This document shows positions 42,859 through 57,218 of a DNA stretch of 64,000 nt, piece after piece. Origin of the DNA: Octopus vulgaris (Eukaryota); assembly GCA_951406725.2 (NCBI GenBank), contig OX597818.1:31186001-31250000 (forward strand). Direction: 5' to 3'. The notes under the pieces were generated by a model, which worked only from the letters and a program-made list of their open reading frames with translations, was not told the DNA's origin and did no database searches. The stretch's first letter is position 1. Every line of letters begins with the position of its first letter. The position numbers were made by a program, and so were the translations under genes.

Positions 42859-43084
42859 ACTTTAGCTTAATGATAAAGTCTTTCAGAGATACAGGTTCGA
42901 GTTCCAGGCTGGTTGTTGACAAATTCTTCTGCCTTGTAAGGGTAATTTGCCCAGTATCTCTGCTGTTCTTACGGCAACTCTGCGTTCGAAAAAATATCTT
43001 CGTATTTGTATTGTACAATACACATTTTCAACGCTTCTAATATAAGAACAAATATTTGTTTGTTTACATACATATATGTATGGA

Positions 43085-44077
43085 TGTGTTTTATCTATGT
43101 GTGTGGAAATCTGTTGGTGCCAAGTCAGGAGAGTACAGGCTTCCTTGGTCATATTGTCAATATGAGAGCGGGCGTTGTCGTGCAGCAGAACTCCATCTGC
43201 CGATTAGGTCTTTTCTCTTGAATAGCCGTGTTGAGTCGTTCCATCTGTTGACCGTTTGGTTCTGTGCAAGCAATTCGTAAGTGGGTAATCCCTTCCCAGT
43301 CCCATCATATGCACAACATCGTTTTAGGCGGATGAAGATCTTGTTTCACGCACGGTGTCGCTTGTTTACTGGGGCTAAGCCATTCCTTACGCTGCTTCAT
43401 ATTGATATACAAGCACCGTTTTTCGTCGCTAGTAACGATTCGGTAAATAAAACGTTGCTTGTGTCCTTGAGTTGAGCGGTGACGAGCAAGCAAACCAGCG
43501 AAGATTGTAGCTCGTTGATTTTTGCTGTTGTCACTTAAAGCATGCGGAACCCATGCTCCATACTTCTGAACTTTTCCCATCAAGTGAAGATGCTTCTCTG
43601 TAACAGTGTGGGAGCATTCCATTTTCTCTGCCAGTTCCCTTGTTGTTTGACGAGAATTTTCATGCAAAAGTTGGTTAATCGCTCTTCATCGAACACAACT
43701 GGATGGCCAGAACGAGGTGCGTCTTTGATGTCAAAATTTTCATTTTTGAACTTGGCATACCAATCACGAGCGGTTCTTTCAGCTATGGCACCCTCTTCAT
43801 ACACAGCACAAATGTCGCAAGCAGCTTTTGCGGCCTTAGAACCTTGATTAAAAGCAAAAGAAGTGGGTGTCGAAAATGCTTGTTTTTCACTTGACATTCC
43901 ATTTTAATGATCTGAAAATGAACAAAAATTAACTAAAATTAACTTGAAAAAAAAAAAAAGATTTCCAAAATGATTCAAAAATAGAATTCTCGAAAAAACA
44001 AAATAGATTCCAAAATTTAAAAACGCAATAAATTCCAAATTTAAAAAAACGGCGGGAACTTAGTTGCCAACCCAATA
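43085..44077 (-). mobile_element. Decayed mariner transposon, 3'-truncated
   Basis: 5' TIR tattgggttggcaactaagtt; frameshifted transposase with D.PRSG.P, WVPHAL, IVTSDEK, HDNAR and YSPDLAPTDFH motifs. Confidence 0.92.
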
Positions 44078-44348
44078 CATACATTCAAATACACATACAT
44101 GCATACATACACATCCATCCACAAACTCTTGCAAATTATGTAAATACAAGCCCGTGCAATATAGCCTGGATAGATGTGAAATTCGAATCCTGTTTCAAAT
44201 TACTCATTAAGTATTTTAGCAACCAGTGTTGAATATATATGATTTATGCATGTGTTACGAGTATATACATGTACATACAGCGTATAACCAGAAACTATAT
44301 CTTTGAATTTGAATTTTCGAATGTGTGTAAACGTGGGTGTGTATGCTT

Positions 44349-44399
<51 letters not shown>

Positions 44400-45102
44400 T
44401 GTGTGTGTTTTAGCATGAAATTCAAAATCGCTGCAAGCCGATATCAGTTATAAAGAGCCTTAAACTCGTTTATCAAACGTTTCATGTCTTCTAGGCCGCT
44501 CCAGTAAGTACGTTGATCGCCAAGCGACTACATAAGCCCTATGACGTCACCTTTCATTCAGATGTCATCTAATGACGTATTGCAAAAGCAATGACAACGA
44601 CCACGACGAGGACAGCACCACCACCACCAACAGCAGCAGTAGCATCAGCAGAAGCAGCAGCAGTAATGGCAGCGAATATGGGTAACAGCAACAACATCAA
44701 TCTTTCTACAGAATCAAATCTGAGTCATTCGGCAGAGAAGTTTCGAGACATTCCTACGTCAGTATTTATATTCCTCGCAAGATATTACAACTAACTCAAT
44801 ATAACCAAACGCTAATAGCACTATTCAAAGATGCACACACACACACACACACTCACACACACACTCACACACACGCACATAGGGCCTATATAGCATGAAA
44901 TACATACAGTTATATGTATATACAAACGTACATGCGCTTACACACTTTTCTTTGGCCAGTCTCTTTCTTGTCCTCTCTCCCTGTCTCACCTCTTCCTCTA
45001 TATGTGTGTATATGTGTATACATGTGTTCGCGTGTGCATGTGTGTGTGCGTGTGCGGTGGTGCGCATATGTATAATGTATGATTTGTGCATATATATTTA
45101 TG

Positions 45103-45189
<87 letters not shown>

Positions 45190-45403
45190 GTATATACAGT
45201 ATTGTTGTGTGTGTGTTTATATACACATGTATGCATACATACTTGCATACATATATATAGATATATATATACACATACACACACATATATATTTATATTT
45301 ATATATACATATGCATACACATATATATGTTTGTGCGTGAGTGTAGTTCTCGCGCTCTCTCTCTCTCTGTATATTTGTGTGTGAGAGACCGATACATAGA
45401 TAG

Positions 45404-45454
<51 letters not shown>

Positions 45455-47483
45455 AAGAGAGAAAGAGAGAGAGAGATGGGTTGGAAGTTTTCCTACCTTT
45501 ATAAAGAAGAATTATTACCGACTAGCGTTGCAGGATGTATTTTATATGTAGATGCGATGCCCGTAATACTTACCTGACTTTCTGTTAAAATTATTTCAAG
45601 TGCTATTTCCTACAATGCTTGCCGGCGAACAATTTTGTTTGATTTACTATTTCAGATATTGAAATATTGAGTGAAATTGAGATGCTTCTCTATCAATCAC
45701 AAGTTACAGCTATTTGATGCATTTAAATATTGGATTACATTTTCGACAATGCTCCAGCTTGTAGGAGTTTCGGTAAATTCATTGTCATTCAAATTTTAGA
45801 CGTACTTTCTGAGAGTGAAAGAACTGGTGTGTTTTCACTGGAGCTAAATGAGTGAGTGTGTTGTGCGTTTCTGATTTTAAAAGTATTTTACACGCGACGA
45901 ATGTCTTCTAGGCCGCTCCAGTAAGTACGTTGATCGCCAAGCGACTATAAGCCCTATTACGTCACCTTTCATTCAGATCTCTCTTTGGCATCACTCATGC
46001 AGATTAGACTCCTCTTATTGTAGAAGTCCCTCATCGGCATATATTTTTACCACTCTTGGTGGGCCTGCCAAAAGTTATGAGCGGAGCCCTTTCCTTCAGA
46101 CTTAACTGTTAAGAAAATTCATCTAACAGTACTACTCAAATTATCTTTAAACAACCCTTTTTTTTCTAGCAAAAATATCAAGGAGTTGTCGATTTCAGAG
46201 TTTGATTCTTATTTTTCAGATTAGCACAAGTCTAAATATTTGAAGAGGATGAATATAACCGATTTAATTGAACCCTAGTACATGCGTAGGTTACATTTTA
46301 TACATTCGGAAAAATTAAAGTCAAAGCAGATGCCGATGTGGTTTGAACTCAGAATGCAGGGAATTATTTTCCTCTATCATTACTGCTTTTGGAATCAAAT
46401 TCTTAATAGTTTCATAGCCAAACGATCTTTAAATCAAATACCCATGAAACAGGTATTTTAACATTTTATCATCAATTACTTTCACTTTTGACAGCTATAG
46501 ACCTGCTAGAATTAGTAGCCAAAGCTCAAATCACACAATACTGTCTTAGAAGAACATAATAAGCAATATGTATGCACGCTATCTGAAAAATTAGAAAAAT
46601 GGTCACTACTTCATTACCTTTGATCATAGAACTGCTGATTAGGGATGAGCTGTAGTTAACCACCAACATCTAGTCCCCACATAAGTAAACTGAGACAATC
46701 CCTAGAAACTAGCTTAACTAATGGTGCAACACAATAGTATCGATGGAAATATAGAAACTGACAACTATTAAGTTTGGAAACTGACACCTTTTGCTCATGC
46801 CATATTATCTCACTTTAAACACAAGTATTCATAAACTGTCATTTCTAATACAAACTCGCCTCTAAGTCATTAACATGTACATACAACTGACAAGATATGT
46901 TCAGTGAATGCTATTAGGATTCAATGAAAAGTATCGCCTCGAAGACTGGCTAAAGTTTCGTATTTCAAGAAGAAAATACCTTCCCAACAATTCATTTACG
47001 TATAATTACTATAGTGACATGTTTTCGACTTCGTCACCAAACAAAATGACAATGGCGAAAGGATGCAAACAGGTTTGAATACAAAGTAACAAACGAACAA
47101 CTATTTCAATACAAATTCTAAAAGTTAAAAGTTTCAATAGACATTGCCGAAAGTAAAAGATGCTTTACCCGAGGCTTTCTTCTAAAGATTTCATTCTATA
47201 TAAAAATTTCAGAAATCACTGATAAATGTGGCGCTTATGGTGGAAGAATGAGCAGAATGTGAATGGCTGGAGATTCGTTTGAGAAATGGAAACACGTAAT
47301 ATGGTTTTGTCGTCAACAATTTATATTCGCAACGATTGCTGCAGGGTGCTTTGCATTGGAGAAATTCGACTCAAATGACCTTTTCCTTGCGTGCTTCGAA
47401 TGTATTTACTGAGGTATATTACGTAATATAGGATAGCACTAATAGATATCTTGATGATGGTGATGATGATGATGATGATGATT

Positions 47484-47519
<36 letters not shown>

Positions 47520-47873
47520 TTGATGATTGTGAACTAAGTGTACATGATGGGATAAGGATAGAAGTTATGATAATGATGGTCGTTATTATGAACTTCGTTG
47601 CTATCATTACAAGGATTATATTGAGAAACCATTATTAAAATACAACTAAGAATAATATAAAGCTCACAAAATAATGTTGATAATAATGTTGATGCAGATT
47701 AAGATTGTAACGAAGCATTTATTTAGCATGTAAAGCTATATCAATGACTCAGTAAACTAAAAGCTTAGCTCGTTGATATGCAAACTTACACAAACACATG
47801 CACACTTGCATATACACGTGTGTGTGAGACACAGAGAGTGTGAGTGCACGAGAGAGTGTGTGTGAGAGAGAGT

Positions 47874-47904
<31 letters not shown>

Positions 47905-48822
47905 CGTATGAGAGAGTCAGAGAGAATGTGTATGTGTATGTGTGTGTGAGAAAGAGAGAGAGAAAATTCTAAATCTCAGTTTAATCACTAATACTTGTAA
48001 ATCCCTCATTTCATTTATATTATTAATATTCTTTACAAATTAATTATTGATGCAACTACACTTTTTTACCACCACATTATACCTATAGGGTCAAATGACA
48101 ACTGAAATGGAAAATCTAAATAAATAATTTCTACTCTGTCTCTTGATCGAAGAAAATTACTATTTTGAGTTTAAACTTTAAGCCATTTTTCTCTGATGAT
48201 TACAGGAAACTTCGTCAGTGAGTAATTCGTCATCCGAGTTACCACAAGACACTTAGGTAGCTGTAGTGAAGTTGACTCTGCTGTATTTGGGCCATATTTC
48301 CTGTCTAACTATAACTTGCTCCTTCCCTTCCATCAGCATCGGAGTTCCTGAAGAACGGTCATTGTTGTTTCCCTTCGTTATCCAGCAAATCAATAACAAT
48401 TCGTTACGCCTGGCTTTCGCAAATACCTCAAAAAGACATCTCTAGCTAACAACAATGAAAACACTCCAGTTTCCTATCTGTTTTTAAGGCAATACTTTTT
48501 CCTATGAGTTCAAATCTCACAATGGTTAAACATTGCCTTTCATCTTTCTACGTTCTATAAAATATGTACCAGTAGTATAATGGCATCTATTTTATTGATT
48601 GTAACCTTCACAAAATATAAATCCCCCTGAAGTATACTATCGATTTACTGTTGGTGTAACACACCTTGTATTTTAGCACTTTAGGCTCAACCAGTGTCTG
48701 TAAATCCTGAAATATTTTACCTCGTGTGCACTAAGTTTTGGAATATATACTTAATCTGTTATCCGGGTTCCCACACAACCCTAGGGTAGATGTAATGAAT
48801 ATATTTAAAAAAAAGACACAAT

Positions 48823-49036
48823 TTCTTTCTTTCTTTCTTTCTTTTACTTGTTTCAGTCATTTGACTGCAGCCATGCTGGAGCACCGCTTTTAGTCGAGCA
48901 AATCGACCCCAGAACTTATTCTTTGTAAGCCTAGTACTTATTATATCGGTCTCTTTTGCCGAACCGCTAAGTTACGGGGACATGAACACACCAGCATCGG
49001 TTGTCAAGCGATTTTGGAGGGACAAACACAGACACA

Positions 49037-49085
<49 letters not shown>

Positions 49086-49273
49086 ATATATATATATATA
49101 TACTTATACACGACAGGCTTCCTTCAATTTCCGTCTATCAAATCCACTCACAAGGCTTTGGTCGGCCCGAGGCTATAGTAGAAGACACTTGCCCAAAGTG
49201 CCACGCAGTGGTACTGAACCCGGAACCATGTGGTTGGTAAGCAAGCTACTTACCACACAGCCACTCCTGCGCC
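48823..49273 (-). mobile_element. Full-length CORE-like SINE
   Basis: Reverse complement of the 49545-50002 element; starts ggcgcaggagtggctgtgtggtaag. Confidence 0.9.
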
Positions 49274-49330
49274 TATATATATATATAAGTACAAACAAAC
49301 GGAAAGCACACATTGGATATCACCAAATCC

Positions 49331-49404
49331 TCGTCAGTTATCATCCAGAAGATCGTAGCAATTTCACGCATTTAACGATAATATTGATTCTCTTTGGTGG
49401 CGTC
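49331..49404 (-). ncRNA. Candidate non-circularly permuted hammerhead ribozyme, copy 3
   Basis: Minus strand: g acgc ca ccaaaga gaat caaTA ttatc gttaaat gcgt GAAA ttg ctacga tcttctgg at gataa CTGACGA. Confidence 0.65.
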
Positions 49405-49544
49405 AGTGACGAGAAGCCAACGGGAAATAGCGAGCAAACGAACAAGGGACCAAAGACGACTGAGAGTGAACATACAAATATGAGGAAAATATGCGATAAA
49501 CAATACACATCATACAAACGAAATAATATTCAAGACGAGACGAA

Positions 49545-49942
49545 TGAGTGGCTGTGTGGTAAGTAGCCTGCTTACCAACCACACGGTTCCGGGTTCAGTC
49601 CCACTGCGTGGTATCTTGGGAAAGTGTCTTCTACTATAGCCTCGGGTCGACCAAAGCCTTGTGAGTGGATTTGGCGGACGGAAACTGAGAGAAGCCTGTC
49701 GTATATATATATATATATATGTATGTATATGTGTGTGTGTGTTTGTGTGTCAGTGTTTGTCCCCCATAACATCGCTTGACAACCGATGCTGGTGTGCTTA
49801 CGTTCCCGTTAATTAGCGGTTCGGCAAAAAGAGGCCGATAGAATAAGTACTAGGCTTACAAAGAATAAGACGTGGGGTTGATTTGCTCGACTAAAAATGC
49901 GGTGCTCCAGCATGGCCGCAGTCAAATGACCGAAACAAGTAA

Positions 49943-50002
<60 letters not shown>
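49545..50002 (+). mobile_element. Full-length CORE-like SINE with (GAAA)n tail
   Basis: gagtggctgtgtggtaagtagc..gggttcagtccc..., same family as 26087. Confidence 0.9.
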
Positions 50003-53000
50003 ATGGCCAGCGGACAAGGGGCAAAGACGAAAACAAACACGATGGGATGTGGACATACAAAGAAAATGAAATAAACAGAATAAGGCCTTAGGACTTAGAC
50101 ATGAGACGAAAATATGGGTAATGTCTGGAAGAATATCCTAAAGGATTGGAAACGAAGGAAACAATGGAGAGACTACAAAACGTGTTGGTTGACCATTGTA
50201 TTTGGGCCAGGATTCCGGTCTGAGAATCATTTACTTTCTCCTTTCCACGAAACTCAGACGCCTTGAAGGATGTCATAGTTGCTCTCCTTCATCCATGAGC
50301 TAAGTAATTTTTTTTAAAATTTGGTAATTAGTAGGTTTAGAGAAAAGGAAAACTTGAAATTATTAGAGAAAACAGGCTGTTAGAATTAGATCCGTTTTTA
50401 TGAAGAATTGTGAAATTACATTGTTTCTCCAATAAATTCCCATTTTCTTGAAAAATAATCTCGTGCAGAGAAACAGTATTATCGGAACTGTGTGAAGAAC
50501 TGCCAACCAATCAATATCGTTGTAACCTTGCCGGAGCTTACAAATCACGCAAAACAAGATAAAAATATTGAAACCTTTCCAAATTATTTCGCTAAAAGTG
50601 CTTAAGTAATTACTTTTTCCTTTTTCTTCGTCTTATTCTTCTTTTATCTTATTTTAGTTTATTTTTTTAAGAATGGACTGATCTTATGAAGAGTGTGTTT
50701 TTAACCAATATTGCTTAAGGTGACATGAGATGAAAAAAGATTGATAAATACTTTGTGCGGTGATGATGTCACACATTTTGAACTCGACCTCAAATATCAA
50801 TCTTTTCCAACCAGCCATACATATATTTATAGAAAGCCAAAGAAACACCGCTTGGCTGCACATAACAGCTGCGTGTTGTTCTTTTGTGTTGCTACTGAAG
50901 ACCTCATTGTAGTTCTCAATGACGTTGTTTTAGCTGAGAGTCCAATAAAAGATTGTCTCGTATGAAGGGTGGCCGGCCACGAAAAACTTTCTGAGATCAA
51001 ATCCTGCTGGCTAGGGTCTCTGCTTTTCCTTTTCTGAAGAGCGGGACGTCCCCTAGAAAGCTTGTAGATGCATGAAGAAATCGGTCCGTTCTGTCCCGAC
51101 CGGAAATTGTTGGCCACTATTCTGAATGTACTACCTTAACTGCCTCATCAACCATCACTGTCATTCAAGCTGTTGTGTGGACGCCTCCAGACGATGAAGT
51201 AGGCTAGCTCAATACGTAAATATAGAGGGAGAAGCCTAGACGTCAAGAACACAGCTGTGTAGACAAGAGTAGCAGAGTAGAGAGAGTAGAGTTGAGTAGA
51301 GGTCATCCGAACGTGCGACATAAGACAAGCCTAGTAAGATAGTCTGTGACTCGATTTTAAAGCCATTTTATAACTACAAAAATGCTGACAGCCTTGTATT
51401 TAGATAGTCGATCCATTGTGATTTTGCTTTCCATTGTAGCAGTGGTTGTAAAAAAACAATCAAACTGCCTTTTGTCTTCAAAAAAATCAACAAATACAAA
51501 ACTGATTTGATCTGTAGAATACCGTGATAATGAGATTGCAAAAACAGCTGCTATATGGCAATTAGGTGAATAAACTGAACTAAGTAGAAGTAGAGGACAA
51601 ATTGCAACAGTGACTGAGAAATGCAGAATTCAAAGCTCTGACTGAAGATTCTTGAGTGCGAGACAGGATCATAGAGTTGCCATGAGAAACCATTGCAAAC
51701 ATGTATTGAAGCAGAGTAAAGTTAGTATCTGCAGAATATGTGGAGATGAAGAAGAAATAATTTATCCACATAATCTCTGGTTGTTCAGTCTTAGCCAAGA
51801 AAAATACATTCACTAGAGTGACAGAACTGGACACACATACACTGGAAGTTAAGCCAGCATTATGAAATACCAACAAAAGTTGCTGATCTGGCTGAATCGC
51901 TATACGCCGGGAAAAATGCTTAATGGTATATTTCCAGCTTTGCGTTCTGAGTACAAATTCAAACGAGATCGACATATTTTCTCATCACAAATGGGTCGAT
52001 AATAGAGAGTACCAACCAAGTACTAGAGTCGATGTAGTTGACTTCTCCCCCCGCCACGTCAAAACTATTTGCCTTGAACCAAGAAAAAAAGAATTATGAA
52101 ACACTAACTGAAAAGAGATGCCACTGGTATATACCACTAATAATGTCAGAAAATGAGAAAGATGCGATAAATAAGTATACAGAGACCTTTAGTAAATTCA
52201 ACAAGTCTGATTTCGACCCAGATCTCATATAAAAAGGCACTTGTCCGGAATATCACACAGATCGAGTACGGAATCTCATGATTTAGAATCAAACTTCTTA
52301 CCAACCCGGCCATTACATCTGTAATGATAGACAAGTATTTTGAAAGGTGACTGTTGCATTATTTATAAGGATAGAAGAAAGCAAGTTATAGAAAATAGCA
52401 GTACTATGATATATTATTATTGTCAGGGCATTATCACATTTTTATCTGTGTTTTCCAAGAGATGCTCAATATTTCTATCTAAAGAAGTTAACTTTGATAT
52501 ATTTCCCGAACATTGATAATGAAAGTACAAACTAAAAGAAAAAGCAGTTTCTTCTGATTTAGCTACAAATAGCCTTCAGTTATATTAGGAAAGGAAAATT
52601 TATTGCTATGATGCTCATAACATTCACCCTAGCAGTATCAACTGCATCAATCTGGCCAATTTCGAAAAGTTTACGAAAGTAATGGGCAAAATTTCTACGT
52701 CCCGATTATAAGCTTTAACAAAATGAAGCAATTTTTCTAGCGCCTGAAATGAAAATAATCTCTACATCTCGGATTAGAATTAGCGAGAGATCACCTTTAG
52801 GTATGGAAGCACACCTAACTAAGTTTAAACATATATGGATACCAAGAGCATAATATGTGACAAGTCCATACGGAGTAGCCACGCCGTCAAGAAGAGAACC
52901 CAACAAAACCTTAAGTCCCATGTTCTGAAATAAGTTTGAAAAATCACGACTGAGGGCAACTCATGTTACAAATTGAATAGTCTTTACTCCAAACAGTCAC

Positions 53001-53524
53001 AAATAAATGTATTATGGTTCCATATTCACGTGTAGTTTTGTTGGAAATGAAAGAATTGATATATAATCAGAGGTAGTTAAATTTTGAATTACAGTATATC
53101 TCATCCAACGTAGCAAGAAGAGTGCAGAATGAGACTGAAGATTAATACACACACTCACACATACACACACGCACACATACATACACACACACAAACACAC
53201 ACACACACATCAAGCACACACATACATACTAATCGTATATATATATATATATATATAATTAACCAAATGACATACTAAATATGTCTGCTTGTTTGAAATA
53301 AATCGCCAAAATACACTGATAATAACTACAGAAATCAACCGTCCAGAGGCAAACGGGCTAAGATAATCTCTTACCATACATTCAAGTATTTGGTCCCACG
53401 TGGACCACTTTCTGGACTGGCATAATTGCCTCACCTTCCTTAGCACGCGTTACCATCATAGAGAGCCCCAACCTGGTGGCTGCCATGATTCGGCGCAAAA
53501 CGAATTAGTTGCAGGGCAGATTTC

Positions 53525-54375
53525 AACATGACGATGTTACTATCTTTTTTAGCCCCCAGGAAAATATCTTTTCCAGCTGGCTATCGATGCACAACTGCAT
53601 CTTTATATCTCTAACACGGGAGCTAATGTCCCCACACATCCTTAAACGGTACGTATGTACAATGGTTGCTGGGTTATTTCCCGTACATTGGCACAGGATA
53701 ACCATTGGCTAGAGATGGCAGCACTAGGCCTTGTTCAAGGTATATACTTTTAAAGCGACACACAACTCGTAAAGAGGAAAAACAATTTTAACGATGAAGA
53801 GGAATAACACAGAAACCATGATCCGCAGGTACCGTTTGAGGCTGAGTGGGGACACTAACTCCCTTGTTCGAGGTATAAGGATGCAGTTGTGCGTCGGTAG
53901 CCAGCTAGAAAATATGTTTCCTGGGGCTAAAATAAGGTAGTAACATGATCCTAATCATGACTGTCAATTTACGTTGCCAAATAGTACTTACTTTTCGTTC
54001 AGAGATTTAAAACTAATTGTTTTTCCTATTTTCGAAATCAGTGAGTGTGTGTCACTTTAAAAGTAATATACCTCGAACAAGGCCTAGATCTGCCATCTCT
54101 AACGAACGGTTATCCTGTGCTTTTGAAGGGAAATAATACAGAAACCATGGTCCGCAGGTACACTTTTATGCTGAGTGGGGATACTAGCTCCCTTGCTCTC
54201 GGTATAAGGACGCAATTATGTGCCGGTAGCCAGATGGAAGATGCTTTCCTGGGGCTAAAAAAGGTTGTAAAATCGTCCTAAAAAAGACTGGCAATTTACG
54301 TTGGCAAATAGATTTTACTCAGGAGCACTGTTACTACTTACCTCTCGCTCAGAGATTTAAAACTAATTGCTTTTG
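53525..54375. repeat. Fold-back/tandem complex of a ~250-330-bp unit
   Basis: 53525-53768 is an inverted copy of 54043-54285; 53800-54022 is a direct copy of 54130-54372. Confidence 0.8.
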
Positions 54376-54398
54376 CTCTTTATATATATAATATATAT

Positions 54399-54765
54399 AA
54401 ACTTAGATAAACTTAGATAAACTTAGATATGTTTCGACCAAAGATTGGTCCAGGCCATGTCTAACTTAATAGCACCGCCTGATAGGATTATGCGAATCCT
54501 GTTTAAGGCAAGTTTTGTTCAAGTAGTGAGTTCTTGTTGGGTGAGTTGTATCGAATTATGGATGGCTTATTTAGTATTCTTTGAAGGAATCTATCCAGAC
54601 TCCGTTTAAAGTTGATAGGATCCTTTTCCTCTTTGATCTCCTTCGGGACAATGTTAAATAGGGCAGGGCCTGTTGAGGAAAAGAAATTATGTTGCAGTGT
54701 ACATGTATGTTGTGATCTTGAACTGGGCAGGGGTCGTCTGGCCCGTGGTCCCAGTCTTGGATGAA
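54399..54765 (-). mobile_element. CR1-like LINE 3' end (same family as 26654) with 10-bp tandem tail
   Basis: atgtttcgaccaaagattgg..ccaggccatgtctaactt shared with 26661; aaacttagat x3. Confidence 0.8.
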
Positions 54766-54775
54766 CATATATATA

Positions 54776-54858
<83 letters not shown>

Positions 54859-55314
54859 GTATATATATATGTATATATATATATGAGTATATATCTGTAT
54901 AAATATGTATATATATATATTTATAGGCCTGCGTACGTATATGTATACATGAATATATTTATGCATAATTTGGGCGTACATATATGTGTGCAGATTCATA
55001 TTCCTACACACAAATCTGTATCTATGTATATATACTTGTATTGATTCTTTCAGGCACGCATATACTTCTGTCTCACACACATATATATCTATTTGTCTAT
55101 ATGCATATATTTGGTATAGACGTGTGTTTGCACTGTGTATGCATGACTCTGTGTGTGTGCACGTGTAAGTGAATGTACAAATTATTTGTGCATTTAAACG
55201 TATGCGTGCATCTATTTAGAAATGAAAATGAATTCATAAAGTAATTTTATGTACGAAAGTTTATGTAAACAGAAACAAATATATTTTGAAATATTTACAC
55301 GTCTCTCTTTCTCA

Positions 55315-55378
<64 letters not shown>

Positions 55379-56071
55379 TTACATTCGTACAAACAAACAT
55401 AATAATGTAAATAAATACACAGGCAAATATCCTTATATACCTTTATACATAAACACACGTTAGTTCACGTAGCAGTTTGAAATCATATAGGTTGTTCGCT
55501 TTCTGTCGGATTGAACCATTCATCAATACAATTAATGTATTCTTAGAACGGATTAAATAAACAAATGGCTTTAAAACAAAAAAATAAAACAAAACAACTA
55601 AAAAAACAACCAAGATAATAACAAACAAACACAATCGGCAAATGCAAAAGCTCAATGCATAAATAGCTCCTCACTCTTGCATGCTTGCAAAATTGCACAT
55701 TTGCGGATATGTGCACCAAACTTTTACAGTATTTAATATGAATGGTCCGAAAGAATAAACACGTGGTAAAGCGTTGCGTGGTAATTCAAGTGTATATGAG
55801 TATGATATATATACTCATGTAGTAATATATTTATACATATGTATATACAGAGGCACATAGCCTCACGCTTACACGTTCACATACACACATACACACATAC
55901 GCGCACACACACGCGCACATGCACACACATACGCACAAACACGCATGTATACATACATGCATATATATATACATGCATAAATACATATATACACATATAT
56001 ATATATATCTATACACACATACATATATACGTGCATATATATTCATATATATATACATGCATATATAAATG

Positions 56072-56120
<49 letters not shown>

Positions 56121-56166
56121 CATATATACATATATATATATATATGTGTGTGTGAGTGTGTGTATG

Positions 56167-56205
<39 letters not shown>

Positions 56206-56280
56206 GCAACTATATATATTGCGTACCTATCCACTCATCTATTTATTTAAAATTTCCTTTCCGCCCCCATATATATATAA

Positions 56281-56318
<38 letters not shown>

Positions 56319-56352
56319 GTTTGTGTGGGAGATGTATGCGTGTGTGTGTGTG

Positions 56353-56390
<38 letters not shown>

Positions 56391-56978
56391 CGTTTGTGTG
56401 GGAGATGTGTGCGTCAGTGTGTGTGTATCTGAGAAACGCACAAATATATGTATTCAGGCTTTTCGCTTCTGGCAAATTATCTGTTCTAGCAGAAATGCCC
56501 CTCCAATAATATAACATCCGTTAGGTAGCGGGAAGAACCTGTTGATATATCATGCAGGAGGTGATTCAATTCACCAATCATCTGTTACACTTTTGACACG
56601 GACAACAGATCAATCTTCCGCCATCTTGGCCAAACGGAATAAATATGAAAAATTTGAAGGATGGTTCGTTTGGACATGGAACGTAAAGAAAGTGTTTTCT
56701 CATAATGTCGTTTCTCTTCATTTAATCAAATCGAAATTCTTCCAAAATCAACATGACAAATGTATTAAATTGTTGACTCATCATAGAATTTTTCGACGCT
56801 TTATTATTATGTTTTTTTGAAATGAATAATAATAAAATTAATAACAACGATGATGGTGATGATGATGATGATGATGATGATAATTTTTAATATACAAAAG
56901 AACAACACAAACATCGGACAAAAGCAAAAGTAATGATAAAATTAATATAAAATACCAATAATCATATGTTGTTATTGT

Positions 56979-57022
<44 letters not shown>

Positions 57023-57109
57023 ATAGTGTTGGGGAAATTACAGAGGCAGCGTCGGCGGCGGACTTGCTCGTAGTTTTTGGCGTGATGGCGATTGTTATCA
57101 TTGTTGTTA

Positions 57110-57120
57110 CTGACGACGAC

Positions 57121-57218
<98 letters not shown>

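Noticed and set aside
48190-48220. CTGATGA ttacag GAAA cttcg TC
   Set aside because: No stem II and only 2 bp of stem I; probably chance
50908-51378. Possible solo LTR (tgtagtt...aactaca)
   Set aside because: No target-site duplication, PBS/PPT or second copy seen
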